Notes under the pieces: model-generated
Told to the model about the DNA's origin: nothing
Seen by the model: only the letters and a program-made list of their open reading frames with translations
Database searches by the model: none
Origin: Camelus ferus
Lineage: Eukaryota
Assembly: GCF_009834535.1 (NCBI RefSeq)
Contig: NC_045697.1
Location: 53,756,001 to 53,820,000, forward strand
Direction: 5' to 3'
DNA: 64,000 bases
Translations under genes and position numbers: made by a program
Shown here: in pieces, positions 53,819 to 64,000 of the stretch
Layout: each line of letters starts with the position of its first letter
Numbering within the stretch: position 1 is the stretch's first letter

Positions 53819-55915
53819 GCAAGATGGTGAAGCGATAGGACCATGAGCTCGTCTCTCCTTGCAACTACAACAAAACCACAAATGACTGCTAAACAACCGT
53901 CAAAAAAAAAAAAAGAGTGGAATCTAGCGAAAAAAAAAAAAAAACTTTTTCAACTCTAAACATAAAGAGGGAACCACAGTGGGATGGTAGGAGGGGCATG
54001 CTTCCAATATTATCAGGCTCCATACCCCTGGGTTGAGTGACCCACAAGCTGAAAGACGATTAAGTTGCAGGGGCGCACCCACAGGAGTGAGACTTCTCAG
54101 CCCCACATCAGACTCCCCAGCCCAGGGTTCCAGCATTGAGAGGAGGAGGAGATCCCAGGACATCTGGTTTTCAAGGCCAGTGGGGCTTAGCTCCAGGAGC
54201 ATCATGGGACTAGGGGGAAACAGAGACTTCATTCTCTAGGGAATAGAACACAGAATCTCACGTGTGCCAGGTCCAAGGGCAGAGGCAGTGATTTCATAAG
54301 AACCTGGGACAGACCTGTCTGCTGGTTTTGGAAGGACTCCTGGGGATGTAGGGGAAAGCTGTGGCTCACCTAGGGGACATAAAAGCTGGTGCTGGACATT
54401 ACAGGAGTGTTCATCTGCATGAGCTTTCCTGGAGGCTGGTATCATTATTGGATCACTAGCACCAAGAACTAGCCCCACCCAACAGCCTGTAGGGAAACCT
54501 CAAGCCAAAAAACATACTGGGTGGGAACACAGCGCACCCATCAGCAGACTTCCTAACCCCACAAACACCTCTAGACAGGGCCCTACCCACCAGAGGTCCA
54601 GAACCAAGCTGCACCCAGCAGTGGGCAGACACTAACTCCTCCTGCCAGGAAACCTGCATAAGCCTCTAGTTCCTCCCTCATCCACCAGGGGGCAGGTACC
54701 AGAAATAAAAAAACAATCCCAAAGCTTGTGGAAGGAATCCACAAACACAGGCCAGACTCTACACTGGGACCAGCTGGACCCTGGCCCTTGAGTAACAAGA
54801 GAGGAGTGTACCGCTGGGATGCATAGCACATCTCCTACAGAGGGCCACCTCTCCAAGGTCTACAAATGTAACTAACCTACCTAAAAATACAAATACAAGG
54901 ACAGAATGTGAGGCCACAGAGGAATATCTCCCAGGTGAAGGCACAAGATAAAATCCCAGAAACAGAAGTTAGTGATAAGGAGATATGTATAATTTATTCG
55001 AGAAAGAGTTTAAGGTAATGATGGCAAAGATGTTCAGAGAACTGAAGAGGCGTATAGATGCAGAGAGTGAAGTTTTAGCAAAGAGTTTGAAAATATAAAG
55101 AAGACACAGAGTTGAAGGATAAAATCACCGAAATGAAAAACACACTAGAAGGAATCAAGAATAGACTAAATGAAGCAGAAGAACGGATCAATGAGCTAGA
55201 AGACAGATTAGTGGAAATCACTACTACAGAATAGACAAAAGAAAAAAGAATGAAAAGAAATGAGGATACTTTAAGAGAACTCTGGAACAATATGAAGCGC
55301 TCTAATACTCACATTATAGGGGTCCCAGAAAGAGAAGAGAAAGACAAAGGACCTGAGAACTGAGAAAATTTTTGGAGGGAAAATAACTGAAAACCTACCC
55401 AACTTGGGGAAGGAAACAGTCACCCAAGTCCTGGAATCGCAGAGAGTACCACAGAGAATCTACCTAAAGAGGAACACAGCAAGGCACATAGTCATCAAAC
55501 TGACAACAATTAAGGATAAGGAGAAAATATTAAAACTAGCAAGAGAAAAGCAACAAATAACATACAAGGGAACTCCCATAAGGTTATCAGCTAATTTTTC
55601 AGCAGGAACTTTACAGGACAGAAGGGAGTGGCATGATACATTTAAAGTGATGCAACGGGGAAACTCGCAACCAAGAATACTCTATCCAGCAAGGCTCTCG
55701 TTCAGACTTGATGGAGAAATCAAAAGCTTCACAGATAAACAAAAGCTAAAAGATTTCAGCACCACCAAACCAGCTTTACAACAAATGTTAAAGGACCTTC
55801 TCTAGTCATCAAACCATAAGAAAACAGAACAAAAAGAAGAAAGAGGGGAAAGAAGAGAGACCTACAAAAGATTGTTCTGGCTATTCGGGGTCTTTTTGTG
55901 GTTCCTTATAAATTT
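53819..55915 (+). mobile_element. HAL1-like element, second ORF1 variant with no LTR, 3'-truncated
   Basis: 5'UTR essentially identical to 591-1648 up to 54873, then a diverged ORF1 (ORF 55404-55805 is the L1 ORF1p C-terminus) and the inverted ORF2 piece at 55870-55915. Confidence 0.78.
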
Positions 55916-55920
55916 CGGCT

Positions 55921-56362
55921 ACAAACTGTACAATTACAACCAAACGACATTCTGTAAAAGGTACAGCTACAGAAACAATAAAAAGATTATGGTTTCCAGG
56001 GATTTGGGGAGAGGGAGGGAGGGAGGACTGAATAGATGGAGCACAAGGGATTTTTACACCAATGAAATTTTTCTGTATGATACTTTAGTGATGGCTACAT
56101 GTCATTATGCATATGTCAAAACCCACAGAATGTACAACATCAAGAGTGAACCCTAATGTAAACTATAGACTTTGGTTGATAATAACGTGCCCATGTTGGT
56201 TCACCGACTGTACCAAATATGCCACACTGATGAGGGACGTTGAGGGTAGGGGAGTATATATGGGTGGGTGGGGAGGGCTATGTGTGAACTCTGTATATTC
56301 TGCTTAGTTCTGTTGTGTACCTGAAATGGCTCTAAAACGCTAAAGTCTATTTAAAAAAATAA
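55921..56362 (+). mobile_element. Old L1 3'UTR (L1MC-like)
   Basis: gacattctg.aaaagg...gtcaaaacccacagaatgtacaaca.caagagtgaaccctaatgtaaactat...aaagtctatt. Confidence 0.75.
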
Positions 56363-56595
56363 AAGAAGAAGAAGAGGAGGAGGAGGAAAGAGAAGAAGGA
56401 AGAGAAGAATGAGGAAGAGGAAGAAGGAGGAGAAGGAGGAGGAGGAGAGGGAGGAGAAGGGAGGAGATGGGGGAGGACATGGGAGAGAAGGAGGAGAATG
56501 AGGAGAACGAGAAGGAGAAGACGACGATGACGACGACAAAGAAGATGAAGACGACGACATAGACGACGAAGACAAAGAAGAAGAAGAGAAGACCC
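56362..56595 (+). repeat. Purine-rich GAA/GAG/GAC low-complexity tract
   Basis: About 230 nt that are almost all G/A, with GAC triplets in the 3' third. Confidence 0.9.
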
Positions 56596-57271
56596 AAAAA
56601 CATTGCTTTGGTAGTTCCAGGTCCTTTATGGTTCCATACACATTTTGGAATTGCTTGTTCTAGTTCTGTGAAAAATGTCATGAGTATTTTGACAGGGGTT
56701 GCGTTGGATCTGCAGATTGCCTTGGGTAGTACGGCCATTTTGATAAGGTTGATTCTTCCAATTCAAGAGCACAAGCTATCTTTCCATTTCTTTGTATCAT
56801 CTTCAATTCCTTTCATCAATGTTTTACAGTTTTCAGAGTATATATAACTTCCTTGATTAAGTTTATTTCTAGGTGTTTTGTTGTTTTTGATGCAATGCAA
56901 ATGTTTATGCCAGTTATCAAATTCTGGTTTTTGAAGTGAAAGAAAAAAAAAAGTGAATGAAGGGCTGCAAATGGGTGGGTTGTAGTCTATTACATATAGA
57001 AGCTGGCAATTATAAAGAACGTTGCTGTTAAAAGCAGGGTTGTGTATCTTTTTGAATTAATTCTTATGTTGTGGTCGGCTTTATTCCTTTGATAACTATT
57101 TAGTTAAAAAAGCTAAAGTTCTTAACATTCTTAGAAGTAATAAACATAACATGTATGTAAATTATTAAACAATATGTGCAACATATTCTGTATATGTAGT
57201 TACATACAATATACTCTATATGTGCAAATTGTAACAATTTTACATAATAAAACTGAAAAATGAAAAAAAAA
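56590..57271 (+). mobile_element. 5'-truncated HAL1-like element with complete 3' region
   Basis: gacccaaaaa|cattgctttgg junction; about 300 bp of antisense ORF2 (MAVLPKAICRSNATPVKILMTFFTELEQ); unique tail; AATAAA at 57246 plus A tail matching 3301-3361. Confidence 0.72.
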
Positions 57272-57340
57272 TCTGCAATATGCTGCCTACATGAGACATA
57301 GTTAAAGGCAAAAGATACACACAGATTTAAAGTGAGGGAT

Positions 57341-58465
57341 GTACACAAGAATAAACAAATGGGACCCAATGAAATTTACAAGCTACTGTACAGCAAAGGA
57401 CACCATAAGTAAAACAAAAAGACAACCTACAGAATGGGAAAAATTTTTTGCAAATGAAACCGACAAAGGCTTGATCTCCAGAATATATAAGCTGCTCACG
57501 CGATTTAATAAGAAAAAAATAAACAACCCAATCCAAAAATGGGCAGAAGATCTAAACAAGCAATTCTCCAAGGAAGACATACAAATGATCAATAGGCACA
57601 TGAAAAAATGCTCAATATCACTACTTATCAGAGAAATGCAAATCAAAACTACCATCAGTTAAATCCTCACACCAGTCAGAATGGCCATCATTCAAAAATT
57701 CACAAACAACAAACGCTGGAGAGGCTGTGGAGAAAGGGGAACCCTCCTATACTGCTGGTAGGAATGCAGTTTGGTGCAGCCACTGTGGAAAACAGTATGG
57801 AGATTCCTCAAAAGACTAGGAATAGATTAACCATATGACCCAGGAATCCCGCTCCTGGGCATATATCCAGAAGGAACCCTGCTTCAGGATGACACTGGCA
57901 CCCCAATTTTCACAGCATCATTATTTACAATAGCCAAGACATGGAAACAGCCTAAATGTCCATGAACAGATGACCGGATAAAGAAGATGTGGTATATTTA
58001 TACAATGGAACTATTCAGCCATAAAAACTGACAACGTAATGCCATTTGCAGCAACATGGATGCTCCTGGAGAATGTTGTTCTAAGTGAAGTAAGCCAGAA
58101 AGAGAAAGAAAAATACCATATGAGATCACTCATATGTGGAATCTAAAAAAAAAAAAAAAAACAAACAAAGCACAAATACAAAACAAGAACAGACTCATAG
58201 ACATAGAATACAAACTTGTGGTTGCTCAGGGGACAGAGGGTAGGAAGGGATAGACGGGATTTCAAAATTGTGGAATAGATAAACAAGATTATACTGTACA
58301 GCAAAGGGAAATATACACAAGATCTTATGGTAGCTCACAGAGAAAAAAATGTGAACAATGAATATATATATGTTTATGTATAACTGAAAAATTGTGCTCT
58401 ACACTGGAATTTGAAACAACATTGTAAAATGATTATAAATCAAAAAAAAAAAGAATAAAAAAAGA
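57341..58465 (+). mobile_element. Young L1: ORF2 C-terminus plus 3'UTR
   Basis: ORF 57339-57662 ([23 protein letters not shown]...REMQIKTT); A-rich tail. Confidence 0.9.
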
Positions 58466-61430
58466 TAAAACAGACAATCTTTCAGTCATGCTCAACAAGA
58501 ATAAAGAAGACCTAAAATAAAAACAAAATAATAAACGAAAGAAAATGAGTATCAACCAACACCACAGAGATGCAAAAAAAATCATAAGAGAATACTATAA
58601 ATAGTTATATGCCAACAAATTGGATAACCTATAAGAAATGGACAAATTTCTAGAAATATGCAACTTTCCAAGACTGAGTCAAGAAGAAACAGGCAATTTG
58701 AGAGACTGATAGCTAGAAGCGCAATAAAATGTGCAATATAATTTTTAACTCCTTGAAAACAAAAGTCCAGGAATAGATGACTTGACAGGGGACTTCTACC
58801 AATCATATAAAGAAGAACTTATACCTAGCCTTCTCCAACTATTCCAAAAAATTAAAGAGGATGGAACACCTCCAAATTCATTCCACAAGTCAACTAGTAC
58901 CCTGATACGAAAACCAGACAAAGATATTGTGAAAAAAAAAAAAACTACATGCCAGTATTTTTAATAAATACAGATGCAAAAATTCTCAACAAAATATTAG
59001 CCAACACAATCCAACAATACATTAAAAGGATCATTCATCTGATCAATTTGAAATTATTCTAGGGCCACAAGAATGGCTCAACAGAGGAAAATCAATTAGT
59101 GTGATACACACATAAACAAAAGAAAAGTCAAAAACCATAATGATCATCTTAATACACACAAAAATGCATTTGAGAAAAGTCACATTCACTCGTGAATAAA
59201 AACTCTCATCAAAGTGAATATAGAGGGAACCTATCTCAATGTAATAAAGGCCATTTACAACATACCAATAACCAACAACTAACAGCCAACATAATACTCA
59301 ACAGAGAAAAAGCTGAAAGCCTTTCCACAAAATTCAGGTACTAGACAAGAATGCCCACTCTCAAAGCCTCTATTTAATATGGGATGTGAGGTCCTACACA
59401 CAGCAATCAGACAAGAAAAACAAAATTACCCAACATGTAAGGTAAGAGGTAAAACGATCCCTATTTGCAGATGACATGATACTCTATGTAGAGAACTCTA
59501 AATTAATATAAAGAAATCTGTTGCATTTCTACACACTATAACAAAATATCAGAAAGAGAAGAAAAAAACAATCCCATTGAAATCACATCAAAAAAATAAA
59601 ATACCCAGGAATCAACTTAACCAAGAAGTTGAAAGACCTAACAACTGAAAACTGTAAAACAATGAAGAAGGAACCCAAAGATGATACAAAGAAATGGAAG
59701 GATATCTTCCTCTTGGATTGGAAGAATTCATATTGTTAAAATGGCCATATTTCACAAAACAATCTACAGATTCAATGCAATCCCTATCAAATTACCCAGG
59801 ACACTTTTCACAGAATGTTAGAACAAATAATCCTAAAATTTATATGGAATCACTAAAGATGCAGAATTGCCAAAGCATTACTAAACAAAAACAATGAAGC
59901 TGGAGGAATAATCCTCCCAGACTTCAGACAATACTACAGAGCTGTAGTAATCAAAAGAGCATGGTATTGGTACAAAAACATATATGGATCAATGGCCAGA
60001 ATAGAGAGCCCACAAATAAACCTACAAACTTCTGGTCAATTAATCTTTGTAAAAGGAGGCAAGAACATACAATGGAGTAAAGACAGTCTCTTCAGCAAAT
60101 GGTGTTGGGTAAACTGGACAGCTGCATGTAAATCAATGAAGTCAGAACATTCCCTCACACCATACACAAAAATAAACTACAAATGGCTTAAAGACTTACT
60201 TATAAGACAAGACACTGTAAACCTCTTAGAAGAAAACATAGGCAAAAAGATATCCAACATAAATCTCAGCATTGTTCTCCTAGGGCAATCTATCCAAACA
60301 AAAGAAATAAAAGCAAAAATAAACGAATGGGACCTAATTAAACTTACAAGCTTTTGCACAGCAAAGGAAACCATAAGCAAAACAAAAAGACAACTTACTG
60401 AATGGGAGAAAGTATTTGCAAAAGATGAGAGGGACAAAGGTTTAATATCTCGAACATATAAACAGCTTACAAAACTTAATAAGAATAAAACAAACAACCC
60501 AATCCAAAAATGGACAGAAGACCTAAACAAGCAATTCTCCAATGAAGACATACAAATGGCCATTATGAAACAGGAAAATCATGCTCAATATCACTAATTA
60601 CCATAGAAATGCAAATCAAAATTACGATGAGGTATCACCTCATATCAGTGAGAATGGCCATCATTCAAAAGTCCACAAACAATAAATGCTGGAGAGGCTG
60701 AGGAGAAAAGGGATCTCTCCTACACCGTGCGTGGGAATGTAGTTTGGTACAGCCATTATGGAAAACAGTATGGAGATTCCTCAAAAGGCTAAAAATAAAC
60801 TTACCACATGATCCTGCAATCCCACTTCTGGGACTATATCCAGAAGGAATCTTAATTCAAAATGACATACACACCCCAATGTTCATAGCAGCACTATTTA
60901 CAATAGCCAAGACATGGAAACAACCTAAATATCCATCAACATATGACTGGATAAATAAATTGTGCTATATTTATACAATGGAATACTATTCAGCCACAAC
61001 AAATAATAAAATAATACCATCTGCAGTACCATAGATAGACCTGAAGAATGTATTTTAAGTGAAGTAAGCCAGAAAGAGAAAGAAAAATACCATATGATAT
61101 TACTTAATGGGGAATCTAAAGAAAAAAGCAAGAAACAAATTTATTTACAAAACAGAAGCAGACTCCCAGACATAGAAAACAAACTTATGGTTACGGGGTG
61201 AGGGGGAGGAGGGAGTGAGAAGGGTTAAATTGGGAGCTTGAGATTTGGAGACACTAACTAATACACATAAAATAGATAAACAACAACTTAATACTGTATA
61301 GCACAGAGAACTATATTAAATATCTTGTAGTAAGTTATGGTGAGAAATATTAAAATGAATATGTATGTATGTATGTTCTTATATGACTGAAGTATTATGC
61401 TGTACACCAGAAATTAACACACCATTGTAA
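58466..61430 (+). mobile_element. L1 ORF2 remnant plus 3'UTR
   Basis: ORF 59992-60597 (DSLFSKWCWVNWTAACKSMK...LTPYTKIN.KWLKDL); FADDMILY at about 59465. Confidence 0.9.
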
Positions 61431-61472
61431 ATATATATATATATACATAATACATATACATACATATATATA

Positions 61473-61506
<34 letters not shown>

Positions 61507-61518
61507 GAGACACAGAGA
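61431..61518. repeat. Compound (TA)n/(CA)n microsatellite
   Basis: atatatat...cacacacacacacaca. Confidence 0.9.
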
Positions 61519-61599
61519 AATGAAGAAATTTCTGGAGGCACAGAACCTCCCATCAAGAAATGATCCTTAAAGAAGAAAGGTATAATAAAAATGTCCCAC

Positions 61600-62340
61600 C
61601 AAATAGCATCTATGAATAATTAGAAATTCTATTTAAAAAAATTAGCATATGAAAATTGTGGAGTAAAATTATACAATCTGAAATGAAAAATTCACTAGAG
61701 GGGATCAACAGTAGACTAGAAGGAGTTGATGAAAAACCTGAAAACTTGAAGATACACCAAAAGATAATATAATTCAAATAAAACAGAAAACAGAATGAAA
61801 AAAAATTAAGGCATAGACTTGGTGGGACAAAATCAAACACACTAACATATACAAAATGGGAGTGCCAGAGGAAAGAGGAGTAGTGCAAAAGACTACTCAA
61901 AATACCTGAAAGCATCCTAAATATGATGAAACATATTCATCTCCACATTCCAACTGTTCAACCAATTCCAAGTGGGATAAAGAGAGAACAGCCACACCCA
62001 GACACTATAGAAATGTTAAAAGATAAAGACAGAAAATCTTGAAGCACTAAGAGAAAAATAATTCATAGCAGTAAACTCCAGTAAGTTACAGCTTCTATCT
62101 CAGGAGAAACAATGGAAGCTCTATGACAGTGGGACGACATGCTCAAAGTGCTGAAACACAAACCTGTCAATCAAAAATTCTGTATCAAGGAAAGCTATCT
62201 TTCAAAAGTGAATGGAAAATACAGACATTCCTTTGTTTCACACTCCACCAAAACACAATTCATTGGTGTGAAATCTTCCTTACAGGAAAAACTGTAGGAA
62301 AGTCTTTGAGCTCATGAAAGTAAACCCAGACTGCAGCTCT
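61600..62340 (+). mobile_element. Old L1 ORF1 remnant upstream of the paralog
   Basis: CQSKILYQGKLSFKSE resembles the ORF1p QPRILYPAKLSFK.E motif; tgaaatgaaaaattcactagaggggatcaacagtaga. Confidence 0.65.
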
Positions 62341-62519
62341 ACTCACCAGGATAAACCAGAGCATGGGTGAAGACAACTGACTAATTATACCTTGAAAGTG
62401 GGACCTATATTATAGCCTAACCCTCCATTTTGCTGATGTCACCGTATCTCTAATTCTGTGTCAAGGAGACTGCAGACACAAGAGCCCCTCACGTCCTATT
62501 GCTTTACATTAGTCTTATT

Positions 62520-62740
62520 ACTTACATAATACAGCTGAATTGCATGTGCAAGGTCATCGACATTTAGAGGGGTGACAGCACTGACAACACAACAGTAAAC
62601 ACACTGTAGAAACACCAAGTGTTCTACACTTTGCCCTTTCACTTGATTTCCCACAGCTGCTGACTACTCATATAACGTACTACTAGAGATATAGGAGTTG
62701 TATTTTAACTTCCTGATTGATTTCTCCTTGGATATAAGCA
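62520..62740 (+). promoter_or_regulatory. Proximal promoter of the UGT2B paralog
   Basis: Homologous to 9430-9650; HNF1-like site at 62697-62709; GATATAAG at 62731-62738. Confidence 0.65.
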
Positions 62741-62794
62741 TGAGCAATAGCAAAAGAATACAATAATTCTTTAACAGCATTGCATGTGAACAAG

Positions 62795-63504
62795 ATGTCT
62801 ATGAAATGGATCTCCCTTCTGCTGCTGCTGCAGCTGAATTGCTACTTTAGTTCTGGGAGTTGTGGGAAGGTGCTGGTGTGGCCAGTGGAATATAGTCATT
62901 GGATTAATATGAAGACAATTCTGGATGAACTTGTCACGAAGGGTCATGAGGTGACTGTCCTGATATCTTCAGCTTCCATTTTTATTGATCCCAATACACA
63001 ATCTTCTATTAAATTTGAGATTTTTAACTAAAGATGATTTTAAGTATGTCTTCAAGCATTTGCTTGATAAATGGACATATTTGGCAAAAGACTCATTTTG
63101 GACTTATTTTTCAACAGTTGAAAGTATCTTGTGGGAATATTCTGATATGCAAATGAAACTCTGTAAAGATGTTGTTTCAAACAAGAAACTTATGACAAAA
63201 CTACATGAATCAAGGTTTGACGTTGTTCTTGCAGATGCCGTCGGACCCTGTGGTGAGCTGCTGGCTGAGATACTTCAAATCCCGTTAGTGTACAGTCTCC
63301 GCTTCTCTCCGGGCTTTGCACTGGAGAAGTATGGTGGAAAACTTCCACTCCCACCATCCTACGTACCGGTTATCATGTCAGAATTAGGTGATCAAATGAC
63401 ATTCATGGAGAGGGTGAAAAATATGATGTACGTACTTTATTTTGACTTTTGGTTCCAGACATTTAATGAGAAGAAGTGGAATCACTTTTACAGTGAAGTA
63501 CTAG
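62795..63504 (+). pseudogene. UGT2B: Diverged UGT2B paralog, exon 1, with an 11-bp frameshifting deletion (rest of gene beyond the window)
   Basis: [36 protein letters not shown]...; 710 nt versus 721 expected; premature TAA at 63029-63031; donor CTAG|gtaagt intact. Confidence 0.85.
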
Positions 63505-64000
63505 GTAAGTCATGTTTTCAGTTGGTGGCATGAAGTCTTAACGTTTCTAATGCCTTTGAAGATGACACCGTATAAATAAAGCGTCACAGAAATTTATGTT
63601 TTATAAGTGAAATGATAAAATGAAAGTATAAAATGTTTCATCAATTTCATAATAATTATGGAAAAATTACTTCACTGGGTAAGGCCCATTACTAGCGCAG
63701 GACACTCCAGCAGTCATAAACCTCAAATTGAAGCACGTACAACATCTCCAAGAAACTATATATCCATCTTAATAAACTTTGCTTTTTAACTTTAAAAAGG
63801 TGACTAGAAACCTCCTAAAACGTCTTGATAAAAAAAAAAAAGGTAGATTTAAGAGCTATGCATATATTTGTAGCATAGGTATGTAGGTGGCATTTAGAAA
63901 TTGTTTCTACCTGTGTAGCTCAGTTTCCACATTATAGTATAGTATAGACAGAAAAAAAAATATTTGCTTTATCAAAGAACAGCCACGTACAAACATCTTT

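Larger units (their letters stand above)
1..54873 (+). repeat. Tandem segmental duplication with ~26.6 kb period (about 2.06 units visible)
   Basis: The sequence at position 1 recurs at 26628 and 53229; the ORF track repeats with offsets of 26588-26629; identity stops at 54873. Confidence 0.97.

Noticed and set aside
56520..56541. GACGACGATGACGACGACAAA (DDDDDDK), resembling a FLAG/enterokinase tag
   Set aside because: No DYK codons or vector context; it is part of a triplet low-complexity tract.
56340..56847. Ser/Leu-rich minus-strand ORFs suggesting a membrane protein
   Set aside because: They are an L1 ORF2 fragment running into the translated purine repeat.
57339..61430. Potentially active L1
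   Set aside because: Both pieces are 5'-truncated with stops and frameshifts; there is no intact ORF2.
1..64000. CRISPR arrays, operons or prokaryotic defence systems
   Set aside because: The sequence is intron-containing mammalian DNA with no regularly spaced short repeats.

Overview
This is mammalian genomic DNA, most likely camelid, judging by a tRNA-derived SINE resembling vic-1. It covers part of a UGT2B (UDP-glucuronosyltransferase 2B) gene cluster on the + strand. Bases 1-54873 are a near-identical head-to-tail repeat with a period of about 26.6 kb (position 1 = 26628 = 53229). Unit 1 holds an intact 6-exon UGT2B gene (CDS 9705-24161; exons of 724/149/132/88/220/280 nt; 530 aa). Unit 2 holds a copy whose exons 1-2 are broken by single-base indels that look like unpolished long-read errors. 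A diverged paralog starts at 62795 (exon 1 only in this window) and has an 11-bp frameshifting deletion. Much of the rest is L1, LTR, SINE, MIR and L2 sequence. I see no wholly new biological system. The most notable items are: (i) a recurring ORF1-only 'half-L1'-like element with a fixed inverted ORF2 piece and its own 3' tail; (ii) the array ending by a homologous switch inside that element; (iii) patchy gene-conversion-like tracts beside a hypervariable acceptor-binding region; (iv) a ~1.2 kb head-to-head L1 inverted repeat in intron 2; (v) a weak intron-2 donor. Repeat family names come from recall of consensus sequences, not from database searches.
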